A stretch of DNA of 64,000 bases from Eledone cirrhosa (Eukaryota), in assembly GCA_964016885.1 (NCBI GenBank), contig OZ024743.1:246078001-246142000 (forward strand), written 5' to 3'. Below the pieces are notes generated by a model. The model ran no database searches. It had not been told where the DNA came from and saw only the letters and a program-made list of their open reading frames with translations. The translations under genes were made by a program, and so were the position numbers. The number at the start of each line of letters is the position of its first letter. Position 1 is the stretch's first letter. Below are positions 40,792 to 53,800 of the stretch, one piece after another.

Positions 40792-42059
40792 TGGATAGTT
40801 AGATAGATAGGTAGACGGATGGTCGGAGTAAATGAATGAGTTGGTAGGTAGGTGAGTGACGAAAAATAGAAAAGTGAAGAGGTGTTATAAAGCAACATAA
40901 TAAGAGCAAACAAAAGCTGTAAATCAACTTATGTAATCAACCATGATAATACGCCATGTGTGTTTGCAAATATATTTATATCTCTGTCTGTAACTCTTAC
41001 ACACAAAAACATACACACTCATACAAACAATGTATTTCCTATCTTAATCCTGTTGCTACACTTACAAGTTCTAATCTTACATTTGCTTCTCTAAAGTTAT
41101 TCATGCATTTAATCTTGTGTGTCATTTGTACACACAAGCTGAACATTTCTGTAATTATATCCTAGAAAAAGGCAATGGAATGATAGAAACGTTAAAACGT
41201 CGGACAAAATGCTTTGATGTATTTAGTTACGGCACTTTACGTCCTGAGTTCAAATCCCGCCAAGGTTAACTTTCCCTAACATCCGTTTGGGGTTGATAAA
41301 TAAAATACTAGTAAAGTTCTGGTTCAATAAAATCGACTTTCCCCTTCCTAGAAATTGCTGGCCTTGTGCCTAAATTAGAAATCATTATATCCTATTATTA
41401 AATATTTTTATCCTTATGCACTTCCACGTGTTAGTAATCAACATAAGGGTTTCTCTAATGCAAACCCTAAAACACAAATTTCCCAGTTTGTATGATTGTT
41501 AAAATATCTGGTAACATCATACAATTCTTCTACTCCAAACATTATATACGATCAACGCTTATTGCTGTTATCATTAACGACACGCAAACACTAATATAAG
41601 ATAACATGGAAATATTTAGTTATGTCATACTACCAAATATATTTCCTCAATCCTTGAAATATTATTTTAGTTGATGATAGATGGTAGTTTTTGTAGTGTA
41701 ACATGAAACAGGAAATTAAAATGTCCGTCAGTCGATAGGTCTCTACTCATATGTTATAATAACTGGGTTGATGTTAGTGTTAATTCACTTGTGTTCCATA
41801 ATTTTGGATATATTGTTTCTTTATTTTGACTAATACCTTTTAACTTTAAATCGTATGTTATACATAGCACTATAGCTTTTCTTTATAAAGTATATTAAAG
41901 CCTTACTTTTTGTTTTAGCTGTGGATTTCAAGGTTTTCAAACCTAGGCTAGGCTACCTTATTGGCACCGAATAGCTTCTCTCTTTAACACTCGGCAATAT
42001 ATTTTTCATGTTATCTTTTTATTTTCTCTCTTGTATGATAAGCTATTTGCACAATACAC

Positions 42060-44090
42060 ATCATATTACAGTACTACAGATATTTGGTATGTATGTGGGG
42101 TTGGAGTCGGAGTTTTCACCAGAAATCTCAGCATAGATAACTGTTTTGTTTGCTTTTTTTCTCATCATAAATTTCACGCGATCAACGTAGTCCATCTTCC
42201 AAATGTCTTTGAAATGTTGCCAAGCGTTCAATGTTAGGATCCATTGCCTCAAATCCTGACATCGCCTTACTCATATGCGTGAATACTTCTGCCAAGCCCT
42301 TAACAGTGAACTTTTTCTGTTCCTTATCTGGTTGTTCTGCTGCTTCTTCCAACTCTTCTCTGTGCCGCTGCTCTTCCAACTCTATTAAATCTTCGTCAGT
42401 CAACTCTTCTTCAACAAAGTTCACTAAATTTTCCACATCTTGCGCATCCACTTCCAACCGCAACTTTTGAGCAAGACCAACAATTTTATTATTTATCACT
42501 TCAAAATCTGAATTTTTATCAAAACCTTCAAAATTATTAACAAACCTTTTCAAGCACTTTTTCCATACACCTTTCATACATTTTTCACTCACGTTCCGCC
42601 AAGCTCCGTCGATATTCTTGATGCAGTTGACAATATTAAAATCTTTCCAAAATTCACGAAGATCCATTACGTCATCCTCCGTTGCTGTTACTGCCTGTGC
42701 AAAAGTAGTTCGTAAATAATACGCATTGAAAGTAGATATCACCCCATGGTCCATTGGTTGAAGAATTGACGTCGTATTTTTGGGCAGATACACAACTTTA
42801 ATATTAGGATGCAGGTCATCAATATGTTGGGGGTGGCCTGGGGCATTATCGAGGAGAAGTAGAATCTTGAAGGGAATGTTATTTTCAAGGCTGCAGGTAT
42901 AAAGCAGTTGATGAACCAGTCCTCGAACAAAGATTGCGTCATCCATGCCTTGTTGTTTGCCCGATAAAACACTGGCAGCGTGTGTTTGTTCACGTTCTTT
43001 AATGCACGTGGGGTTTGGGAACAATAAATGAAAAATGGTTTCAACTTATGCCCCGCAACATTTCCGCCTAAAAGCAACGTCACTCGATCCTTGAATGCCT
43101 TGAAGCCGGGCATACTTTTAGCCTCTTTGTGAAGATACGTTCTTTTAGGCATTTTTTTCCAAAAGAGGCCAGTTTCGTCGACACTGAAATTTTGTTCCGG
43201 GCGATAGTCTCCTTCCTCGATAATCTTGTCTAAAACATCGAGGAATGTTTTTGCTGCTTCCGTATCAGCACTTGCTGCTTCACCAGTAATACGACGGTTG
43301 TACAAATTAAATCGACGACGAAATCGCTGGAACCAACCGTGGCTTGCCGTAAACGTTTCAGTACACTCGTCTCCCTCACGTGACTTGAGTTTCTCAAAGA
43401 TGCTGCGCGCCTTTTTTTGAATAATATGAAGACTCATTGGCATTCGTTTGGCTATTTGGTCATCAAACCACATGGCCAACAATTTCTCCATTTCATGTAT
43501 CAGGCCTTTTCGCTGAATTGTATCCCGTTGTGTTCTTGACCGTCTCCTTCACACGTTCTTTGTCCTTGAGGATGGTAGATATAGTAGAACTTGTCAAGTT
43601 CATTCTAGCAGCAATTGCGTTCACTTTACGTCCTTCTACATATTGTTTGATGATCTTCAGCTTTGTTTCTATATCAATGGATTTCCTTGACTTCTTGGGA
43701 TAAGGTCCTGGTGTAGAACTGGTTCTTGTTGCTGACATCTTGAGGGATATAACGGTATCGAAACGAAAAAATACTTGGTAACTTCTTGTGTTCAGTGGAT
43801 ACACGTGAATGATGCTGCGAAAGGTGATGAGCTGGAGGCTGCTCAGCACTGCCGGTTGCTTCTGCCCAACTTATCGTACACAACTGCGTTCACTTTCACT
43901 CACAACTGTGCTGTCACTGTTCTCTGTAGATCGTAACTGCGAGATATTGTCGTTGAGCGAATATATTATTGACGAGTCAACGAATCGTAATTTCGAGAAA
44001 TTTTTGTTAAACTAATATATGTAATTCGTGAAGTTGTTCGTAACTCCGAGAGATCGTTAAACGAGTAGATCGTTAAATGAGGAATACCTG
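42060..44090 (-). mobile_element. pogo/Tigger (DD32D) DNA transposon, frameshifted, with one TIR visible
   Basis: CENP-B-type HTHs (RKSIDIETKLKII; FTASHGWFQRFRRR), DETGLFWK, and LDNAPGHP..QPMD with 32-residue spacing. The minus-strand TIR CAGGTATTCCTCATTTAACG starts at 44090 next to TA. Confidence 0.93.
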
Positions 44091-44099
44091 TATATATAT

Positions 44100-44163
<64 letters not shown>

Positions 44164-44222
44164 CGTAAAATAAGAAAATTTTTTTAAAAAATTAAAAAAA
44201 AATTAACTTACTTAAATTTTCA

Positions 44223-44302
44223 CTCCAACTAATTAGTTTCTGCAATGGGATAAAGACAGTTACGTAATGAACTGTTGAGAATTTCATTGCGTCATCAGGG
44301 AG
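44223..44302 (-). ncRNA. Type I hammerhead ribozyme, copy 1
   Basis: Minus strand CTCC-CTGATGA-C-GCAATG..ACAGTT..AACTGT..CATTGC-A-GAAAC-TAATTA-GTT^GGAG, with palindromic stem III ACTAATTAGT. Confidence 0.85.
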
Positions 44303-44776
44303 GTCTATTCTCAGCCAAGTCTCCAGGCAATGCGCGGACACTGGGGACTCATATAAAAATAATAATAATTCGGTAAATGGAACAGCTATCGAGGACTGGA
44401 TTCCAGGCACTGAAAATTCTCACTGCCACTGATCAAATGGCCGATTCTAAAGAATCAATCACGTCACACAGAGGCTAGTCAGTAGGAATGGGATGGTAAG
44501 ATGACAGACGCCTACTAACACCCCCCAAAAAAATTTAGAAGTGGTTTTGGCAGGTTTGCTCGACAAATCAGTGATTTGGAGATAAATATAGATAATTTAA
44601 TATATCTACTAACATAAGCGCACAGATGTACGCTAATGCCAGCAAATACACAGGTTATGTCATAGTACCTAGGTGGTTCAATGCAGGAAGATGCAGAACA
44701 ATAATATAAAAGACGTAAAATAAGAAAATTTAAAAAAAAAATTTTTTTTAAATTAACTTACTTACTTAAATTTTCA

Positions 44777-44856
44777 CTCCAACTAATTAGTTTCTGCAAT
44801 GGGATAAAGACAGTTACGTAATGAACTGTTGAGAATTTCATTGCGTCATCAGGGAG
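44777..44856 (-). ncRNA. Type I hammerhead ribozyme, copy 2
   Basis: Same sequence as 44223-44302, 554 nt away. Confidence 0.85.
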
Positions 44857-44959
44857 GTCTATTCTCAGCCAAGTCTCCAGGCAATGCGCGGACACTGGGG
44901 ACTCATATAAAAATAATAATAATTCGGTAAATGGAACAGCTATCGAACAAAGCTTATAT

Positions 44960-45094
44960 GTGTATAAGTTTATCCCGGGTTCAATCGGGGGTAACTACAG
45001 TTAGTAAGGTACTCCATACAAAGCAGAGTATAAATATTTAATGTAGAAAGGCTTCTACAGGACCAGAACTGTCTTATTCCGGAGAAATCATCAT

Positions 45095-45095
<1 letters not shown>
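44960..45095 (-). mobile_element. Second copy of the 33224-33390 ribozyme-repeat family, with a decayed core
   Basis: Minus strand TGATGA-TTTCTCCGGAAT-AAGACAGTTCTGGTCCTGTA-GAAGCC..TATACTCTGCTTTGTATGGAGTACCTTAC..GATTGAACCCGGGATAACTTATA aligns with 33260-33390. Confidence 0.7.
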
Positions 45096-45164
<69 letters not shown>

Positions 45165-45169
<5 letters not shown>

Positions 45170-48100
45170 CAAAGGGATATTTAATTTGTTGGTAATTAAA
45201 CAAATATATTTATAACAGATTCGAAGCACTCGACAAGTTTTCTGGAGTATAATATCAATGATATTAATTATACCACTACTTAAGAAAAATCACACCTGAA
45301 AGTATGGAACGGTACTAATGAAGTAATAGTTTGGTTTACAGACATAAAATTAAAACATAAGAAAAAATTTATTCAAATGGATATTTCAAATTACTACTCC
45401 TCTATTACCCTAGGTTACTTAATATGGCACTTATTTACGCTTCTAAACATACAGACCTATCTAGTGAAGAAATGAATATCATTCTAACCGCACGTAAAAC
45501 CCTAATAGAATTTAATAACCATCTCTGGACAAGGGCTGATAGACAAAACAATTTTGATATTACTATGGGATCATCTGATTCAGCTCAAGTAACAGACCTC
45601 GTTGGATTATTTATTATTAATGCACTGCATAGAAAAATGCCAGAGATGATCGGAGGTTTATATCGTGACGATATGTTACTTTTAATCGAAAACCATAGCA
45701 ATACTGAAATTAATAGGAAAAAGAAATCCATCATACAGTTTTTCAACAACTACAACCTTAAATTAGAAATTGAGAATAATTATAAAATCGTTAACTTCTT
45801 AGATGTAACTTTAAGCCTTAGCTCAGGTCTTTATTATCCTTTCCATAAAATTAATGAAAATCTAAATTACGTAAGCTTCAATTCTAATCATCCTAGAAAT
45901 ATAAAAAATACCATTGTCAATAGTGTCCAGCAACGAATTTCACGCATCTCAGCTAATAAAAATATTTTTGATAATAAGGCAGAATATTACAATCAGGCTT
46001 TACATAGAACTGGATACTCGAATAAAATTAAATACTTAGATAACAATAACATGCTAAATCATCCTAAAATTCACTATAATAATAATAAGCAATTCAACTT
46101 AAATAGTAAACCAAACAAAAAAACTAAAACTAGAAATATTAATTCGTACTCTCCCCCATTCTCATTAGGTGTTAAAATACCTGTAGCAAAACTATTTTTC
46201 AAAGCACTGGATAAGTGTTTTCCTAAAGCCCACAGATACCACTCTATTTTTAACAGACACACTATCAAACTATCTTACTCTACTACTATGAACATAGCAC
46301 AAAATATAAATAGAATTAATAATAGAAACTTAAATTTAAACCCTAACCAAACAAACCAAGATAACAATAATAATATTTCTAATAACAATATTCATACTAA
46401 TAATAATAGTACCGTTTCTAATAACAACAACTCCCGAAAATGTAACTGTAGAATTGAATCAAACTGCCCTTTACAAAATAATTTCTTAGATAAAAACTTA
46501 ATATATAAATGCACAGTAAAAACTAGAGACAAAATATATAGGTGCCACTTCTACAAAATTCAAAGAACGCTGGTATAATCACAAACATACATTTAATAGA
46601 TCCGATAAAAAATCTTCCACATCACTTTCACATCTAATTTGGTATTTAAAGGACAATAATATAGACTATTCAATATCTTGGGGAACGATTTCTAAGGCAC
46701 CCGCATACTGAAATATGGCTCTCTCAAGAATCTGTCATTTGTGTATCGAGGAAATTTTTTATATACTTAACTGTCAAAATTCTATAAATTTAAAAAATGA
46801 ATTATTCAGTTCTTGCAGACATCGCCAAAGAACCACTTTCCGAAGTATTTTTAATCTATAATATTCATTACACTTGACTACATCTTATATGTCTTTACAA
46901 TGCTTCTGTTGTTTAGTGATGTTTTTTTTAAATGATCTTTTTCTTCTTAAATTAATATTTTTACCAATGATATTCTTTTCCTAATGAGACTCTTCTTAAT
47001 GTATTTTTTTTTTTAGATTGATACATTTTAATTGATATTTTGAATGATATCCTCTTTACGATAGTTTTTCTAAATGCACTCTTGACTTATCTAATAATAT
47101 ATTTTTTCTTCTGTTTAATTTTCAAACTTTTCACACATCTATCGAGGTAGAAAGTATCTAAATACATATATAATTGAAATTCTCATCCTTGAAAACATGT
47201 AATATAAAATACCTTATAATCTCACACAAAATAATATATAATTTTCTCTACATACTTTCCACATTTTCTAAGAAAATTATTCATCAAATCTAACATTAAT
47301 AATATTGGAGTTATCTTTTCCTTTACAATTAAGCATAATATGGACATAATAACTTGTATGTTAAATTCTATGTAATTTCGCTAACTTAATATTTTTCTGA
47401 AAATATTTTCAATTTTTGATGAAACTATTTGAATGTACAAAATGTTCTTCTCTTAAAATTTGAACTACGTCTTTTTTCTTAACTATATATTTAAAATGTA
47501 AACTCAACATCCTTCGTAACTTATATTAGAAATGTAAACAAATTAATACGTGTGTTATATATCTATAAAAAATAACACCATATAATCACCAATAATATTT
47601 ATATTTATATAGTTATTAATCTATGTAGATATTTATATACTTACAACCTGATAAAATGTACTTACAACCATAATTCTTCATATAATCTAATTATAATGAT
47701 TATATATATAATATTATAACTCATGATTTAGTTAAATATTTTAAAAATTCTGGTTTGATATTCCACTACTTCAACAAACTTTTAATTTTTAACGTTTCAA
47801 TTTTTAAATTCACGTACACTGTAATACTATAAATATAAGCTTCTCTTTCTTCTTCCTACATATATACATCCTAATAATGATTTAAATCTACCTAGCGTCT
47901 AAAAATAACGTTTTTTTTCAGCCCTACGCTTCAACTTCATTTGCATATTCATCAAAATAATTTGAAATATTTGTTTCTTCCTTTCTTCCCCTTTTCCCTG
48001 TTTCCTTTCACTATCCAGACGGAACTTGAACCGTTAAGGTCTGATTCGTGGGTATGTCACTATTTATAAAACAAACTTTGTATTTTATCTGATGAGAGCG

Positions 48101-48185
48101 TGCCAAAGTTTTGGTACCCTTGAAATATTTATAATAGAATAAATATGGTTTTATAAATATAGTTTCCATTTATTAATATCATTGA
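45165..48185 (+). mobile_element. Penelope-like element (Naiad-like RT, GIY-YIG, long AT-rich 3' region), 5'-truncated, between (TA)n tracts
   Basis: FIQMDISNYYSSI, MGSSDSAQVTDLVGL, GLYRDD, VNFLDVTL, SNHP, KCNCR..CPL, LIYKC. After a 2-nt frameshift near 46538 it reads IGATSTKFKERWYNH..CHLCIEE..SSCRH, ending at a stop near 46861. Confidence 0.9.
48082..48140 (+). ncRNA. Type I hammerhead ribozyme at the PLE 3' end
   Basis: ATTTTAT-CTGATGA-GAG.C.GTGCCAAAG/TTTTGGTAC.C.CTT-GAAA-TATTT-ATA^ATAGAAT. Stem I is 7 bp with one G-U pair. Confidence 0.85.
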
Positions 48186-48210
48186 TATATATATATATAT
48201 ATATATATAA

Positions 48211-48504
48211 AAAGAAAAAAAGATGAAATCGAAAATGCAACTGGAGTCTTATTTTAAAAAAAATATATATATTTATTTGGTTCCTTTACCGGTTTCGCAG
48301 TTCTTCTGCTTTTCAAAAGTAGAGTTGAGATGGAGGGTCTGTGGTTTTTCTCACATCGATGTGAGAAAAACGACAGACCCTCCATCTCAACTCTACTTTT
48401 GAAAAGCAGAAGAACTGCGAAACCGGTAAAGGAACCAAATAAATATATATATTTTTTTTAAAATAAGACTCCAGTTGCATTTTCGATTTCATCTTTTTTT
48501 CTTT
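48211..48504. repeat. 294-bp spacerless palindrome with a U3-A8 variant hammerhead on each strand (48284-48319 minus, 48396-48431 plus)
   Basis: The axis is ATC|GAT at 48357/48358, with one mismatch seen. Motif CTT-TTGAAAA-GCAG-AAGAA-CTGC-GAAAC-CG-GTA^AAG. Confidence 0.85.
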
Positions 48505-48560
48505 ATACTTTCACTCGTGTAGGACACCTCGGTTATTTTTCATTTTGTAAAACACCTCAC

Positions 48561-48658
<98 letters not shown>

Positions 48659-48923
48659 ATCATGTCAAATATTTAAAATTTGGCTTCAATACTCCGATAT
48701 GTCCAGCTCCTGGTTGGGTTGTTATTTCTCTGAAGAACTGGAATCATATGAATTCGAATGGGAGGAGAGAGTGTCCTATGACGCCGAAATTCGTTTGTTC
48801 GAATTCATATGATTCTAGTTCCTCAGAGAAATAACAACCCAACCAGGAGCTGGGCATATCGGAGTATTGACGGAGTAAAACACTTCAACAACATGTGTAC
48901 CTGTCTCTACCACACCAATTCAG

Positions 48924-48978
48924 ACTGCCTGAAGAGGTCACAGCCAATGATGGCTGTCACTGAAATATATATAGCAGT
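48924..48978 (+). ncRNA. Type I hammerhead ribozyme in nested inverted-repeat element 48652-49127
   Basis: ACTGC-CTGAAGA-GGT.C.ACAGCCA-ATGA-TGGCTGT.C.ACT-GAAA-TATAT-ATA^GCAGT. Confidence 0.9.
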
Positions 48979-49123
48979 ACATCTTTAATAAACGAAGCCA
49001 AATTTTAAATATTTGACTTAATTATTTTACATTACTCCGGAGTAACCAAACCAACCTGCGTACTTCGTAAAGTGCTCCAATCTGCACACTGAGGTGTCGG
49101 TAAACAACAAACATATACTCAAA

Positions 49124-49189
<66 letters not shown>

Positions 49190-49196
<7 letters not shown>

Positions 49197-49510
49197 GCGT
49201 CTCCAACAGACCAGTGTCTGTCCTTAGGGCATCAACATACGTCAACCTTGGCCTTCCTCTTCTAGTGTGTCCATGTAGGGGCTCCCAAAGGAGCACTGAG
49301 TGCAATGTCAACTCTGGATGTCGGTGAGCATGTCCAGCTAACCTCAGTCTCCTCTGTGTCACTTTTGAGCTGACTTTTAGGATGCTCCCATACAGCTCTG
49401 AGTTTTTCATCCTGGTCTGTTGGAGACGCAGGACATGGCAGCGATAATGAGGGACAGAGATCGCTGGAGAGAACTCGTCCATGGATCTCGGGAATTTTAC
49501 CCGCCTTAGA
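49190..49510. mobile_element. RTE/RTE-X-like LINE 3' fragment with a 5' inversion
   Basis: The minus part 49190-49412 encodes RRLRLAGHAHRH..LLWEP.HG..RRGRPRLTYVD. The plus part from about 49413 continues it (GLLETQDMAAIMRDRDRWRELV). Confidence 0.75.
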
Positions 49511-49738
49511 TATATATATATTTATATATACCACGATAAATTAACGGAGCCATAGACTCTCGTTATTCCCTGTCAATAATGTGCTCAAAGGAAAAGGAAT
49601 CCTGAGCTCTTTAAAATACAATATGTTGAAAAGGTAACACACTAGAGAGAGAGAGTGTGCCATCAATAAAACAGGGAAAACCACCAGTGTATGGAATCTA
49701 TAATCTATGGAAGGCAGGGAAGACACACAATAATATAT

Positions 49739-49966
49739 ACCCACTCTACTACCCTAAGTATTGAGTACTCTGGTGCGTTATGGTCCACCTGGTTCCTTAC
49801 CACACTTCCTTCGACGGCTATTTCAGTCCAGAAATAACCATCGAAACGGCTTGAGCTCTGCCGTCGGGGTTAAACTTTTTCCTATTACCCACTCTTCTAC
49901 CCTAAGTATTGAGTACTCTGGTGCGTTATGGTCCATCTGGTTCCTTACCACACCTCCTTCGTTTTA
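49739..49966 (+). mobile_element. (TA)n-associated short repeat family with a 3'-half hammerhead; other copies at 58969-59079, 60332-60474 and 61923-62118
   Basis: Shared TAGCCGTC-GAAAC-GGCTTGAGCTCTGCC-GTC-GGGGTCATAC..GTATTGAGTACTCTGGTGCGTTATGGTCCA..CCTTCGTTA. Confidence 0.8.
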
Positions 49967-50889
49967 TATATATATATATATATATATACCGCTCACACAC
50001 ACACAGGGGCGGTAGAAGCATTTCTGAATTGGCGGCGGGGGGGGGGGGGATTTGGTCAATTTAGTTGTAGTGATTAGTTTAGCTCTTTGCACTCTATAAT
50101 GGTCAGAAAATGCAATTTCAGTCCAAGCAGGTCATATTACATTTACACCTTTCAATAATTATAAAGTGATTATAGCAAAATGACTTGTGAAATCTATCTC
50201 AAAGATTTGGGCAATTCTAAAATTTTTTTTTAAATCTGAAATGCACACTTAAAATTTTCTACAGAAATAATATGCTGCTACAAAAGGAACTTCAAACATT
50301 ACTGGTGACAACTCGCTATATTATACTAAAAGAAGAGAAAGAAATAAAGAAATATATAGAAATATATTTTTGTAAATAAGACAATAGAACCGTGTGGAAA
50401 TGGAAGCACCAATTGAAACATAAGTTTTAAATCTCCGAAGCCGTTTATGAAAGTATTGAAGAATACAAGAAAACACACTTCGATCTTCCGACGTGGAAGA
50501 GGCTCATATCAGAATAAACCGTCACCGAATCATCATTTTTCTTACCTGTTGTACAAACCTGGCTGGACACAGAACACTGCACAAACATTCTAAAAGTTCT
50601 ATAGAGTTATGAAATAATACATATGGATAAGCCATAGATGACAAACATCATTAAGTAATGTCAGTTTCATGAGGAGATAAAACGCCTCCATCCTTTTGAA
50701 GTTAAATCCTGGAAAATTGTAAGTCCGGTATTGAAAAAAAAGGGGAAAAAAAATCACAAGGGATTGACACTCAAATTTCACTATTCTCCTTTTACTTTGC
50801 TCCACTTTTCAAATTAAATGACACGACGGTTCAGTTATATTCAAATATTGTAAGCGCGTCCATTGAGAATATCGTCTATGACAAACTGC

Positions 50890-53800
50890 TCACATGTGTG
50901 CGTGCTGAACTCTGGGTCTTTCCGCTGGGAACAACCCCTTATTTTCTCCCCCCCCCCTCCTTTTTTTGTGTACATCCATCCATTCACTCATTCATTTACT
51001 GCCATTCTACCTTCCTGTGTCCCCCCCCCCATGCAACCCCTTTTCGCTCTCGTTTTCTGGCACCTCCATATATATAGGTGAGTTATGCTGCCCTCTTACC
51101 ACCACTTTCCCTTCCACCCACACACGCCAGCCACCCACCCCTGATGCCGCTCGGTGCCCCAATCCCCGGCCCCACACCCCATCCCCACGTCCCATCCCCC
51201 ACCCCTCCAAATCGACACCTGAAGCACTTGCGGCACCAATAACAAACGGAAGAGGGGCCGGAACTGTTTGGGGTGCGGCTGCTTCCACCACCTCACCTGC
51301 GTTGGCTTGACTCGTCGAGCTTCCAATGCCCTTGCAGCGTGGAGGTGCAGGAGCTGCCTCTTCCCCACGTCTTCCCAGCCACGGCCGTCTGGCACACCAC
51401 CAGATGGGACCGCGAGCTTGCCTGACGCCCGAGCCTCGCTGGTCAACATCGCTAGGCTCAGGCGGCTTCGGAAGATCCCACTCAGGATCCCGAGACCGGC
51501 ACGGGTGCCGGTAGCCGATGCCCTCGCTTCCTCGATTGAGAGCGCCCTGGACTCCAATCGAGCCAGTGACTGGGAGCGGCTGTTCTATTTCGCCCCACTC
51601 GCTCTCGGCCTCCCCAGCTCTGGCACTGACCGGGGCAGCCGGTCAACATCAGCCTTCATCAAGGCCAATGTCTCGTCATTTGGGCGCGCGCCCATTCCAA
51701 GCGTGCCCAGGGACGCCACACACCCCACCCTCAGGTAACCCCTATCGTCCACCCCCGAGGCCAGCGCCAAGCGTTTGCGTGACCAGGTAAACACAAAGCT
51801 TATCATGGGTGATGTCTCGGCCGCAGTCAGAGTTATTGCCTCAGAGGACACTGTCCTCCAACCCACCGAGGAGGTCCTGGCTGCTCTGCGGCTCAAACAC
51901 CTTGAGCCACCCACTGATCTCAGACCCATACCCCCACCCGACCCTCACCTGCTCCTTGTGGCTACTGATGCAGATATCATGTGCGCCATCAGGTCCTTCG
52001 CAGCTAGCAGCTGCGGAGGTGTTGATGGTCTCCGACCAGGCCACATCAAGGAGTTGACATCCCCCCTCTCCGCTGAGGCCGGGCGCCGCCTTCTGAGTGC
52101 AATTGTGGCGCTCACCAATAGGCTCATTCATGGTGCCCTTACGCCCGAGGCCTCTTTTTTCGGCCAGCCTCACCGCTCTCAGGAAGAAAGATGGTGGCAT
52201 ACCCCTATTGCTGTGGGCAATGTCTTCCGACGGCTGGCTGCCAAGGTGATCTGCAAGTCCGTCACACAGGAACTGGGTGAGGAGTTTAGTCCGATGCAAC
52301 TGGGTGTCGGCGTGTCCGGTGGCTGTGAGGAAGCCGCTCATGCAATCAAGCAGATCTTCAGCAGCTGCCCATCGGTACCAGGGACTCCAGGCACTCCAGG
52401 CACCTCATTGTCAAGCTTGACATGAGGAATGCCTTTAACTATTTACGCCGGGATCATCTGCTCGAGGCCTGCCTCAGCCAAGCCCCCTCTGCCTACCCGC
52501 TGGCCTACCTGTCATATGGAGCCCCGAGCATGCTCCTAGCTGCTGATACGGTCATACCCTCGGCTACTGGGGTCCAACAGGGCGACCCCTCCTGTTCGCC
52601 CTTGGTATTGACCACATCGCCCGGAGTATCACGGCCCCTCTAAACGTTTGGTATCTGGATGATGCTACGTTGGGCGGGTCCGTACGGACGGTCTGCCATG
52701 ACCTTCAATCGGTGGTTCCTGCCCTGGCGGGAATCGGCCTCCAGGTCAACTCGGCCAAGTCGGAGGTGGTGAACGTCAGCCTCGATGCTGCGAGCTTTGC
52801 AGCCTCCGTCTTGGACGTGCAGTCCATTCTCCGCCAGGTTCAGGTGACCCCAAAGAGGATGTCCTCATCCTCGGGTCACCGATCCACCTGCCGGCCATCC
52901 GCTCCACCATCAGGTCGAGGCTCCAGCAACTCCAGACCCTCACGAGCCGACTGGGCTTGATTGACGGCCACCCAGCTCTCTTTCAGCTGAGGAACTGCTT
53001 CGCCATGCCGAAGCTCCTCTATACACTTCGCAGCGTTCCATGCTACACCAAGACATCTCTCCTCGCTGACCTCGATACTTGTATCCGAGCAGCAGCCGAG
53101 GGGATATGCAACGTCAAGTTTGACGACATAGGGTGGAAACAGGCCACTTTACCGGTCAGGTATGGCCGCCTAGGCTTCCGGTCCCTGATCTCACTAGCTT
53201 TGCCGGCGTATCTTTCGTCGGTAACCTCGTGCCGCGTCCTCGTCAGCGGGTTCTTCAAAACACAACAGAACCCTCTGTGTTCAGAGAACGTGATGCCGCC
53301 TGTGAGACGTGGGACCGGCTGGGACTTAGTCCAGTAGACGTCCCTTCTCCTTCTCCCCCTGTTGACGTCAAGTCCCTCCAACGCACTTGGGATGCCATCC
53401 AGTGCAGCCTGGCTTCAGACAGGCTCACGCGCCAGCACCGCCTTGATTGTTTTTGTGCGGCCTCCAAACCCCACAGTAGTGCCTGGCTCTATGCCCTGCC
53501 CTCCTTCTCCACTGGCACGCAGCTAGACAACCATAGCCTGCGAATCGGCGTTTCCCTGAGGCTCGGCCTCCGGATCTGCCAGCCACACCAATGTCGCTGC
53601 GGTTCCACCGTGGACTCTTTCGGCCTCACCCGCTTTCCCGGTCGCCATAGTGCTGGCCGCATTCCACGCCATGGTGCCCTCAACGAGGTCATTAAGCATG
53701 GCTTGGACGCTGCAGGCTTCCCTTCCCAGCTCGATCCGGTGGGGCTGGATCGAGGGGACAGCAAAAGGCCAGATGGCATGACCATCTTCCCGTTCCGCGG

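Larger units (their letters stand above)
44155..44946 (-). mobile_element. Non-coding element with two ~240-bp direct repeats, each carrying a hammerhead (retrozyme-like or PLE pLTR tandem)
   Basis: Repeats 44155-44392 and 44705-44946 are nearly identical and abut (TA)n at 44091-44157. Confidence 0.85.

Noticed and set aside
46700-46720. In-frame TGA in the Naiad-like PLE endonuclease (KAPAY*NMALSRICHLC), considered as selenocysteine because some Naiads are reported to be selenoproteins
   Set aside because: It is not at a conserved Cys, the copy also has frameshifts, and no SECIS was recognised. A nonsense mutation is simpler.
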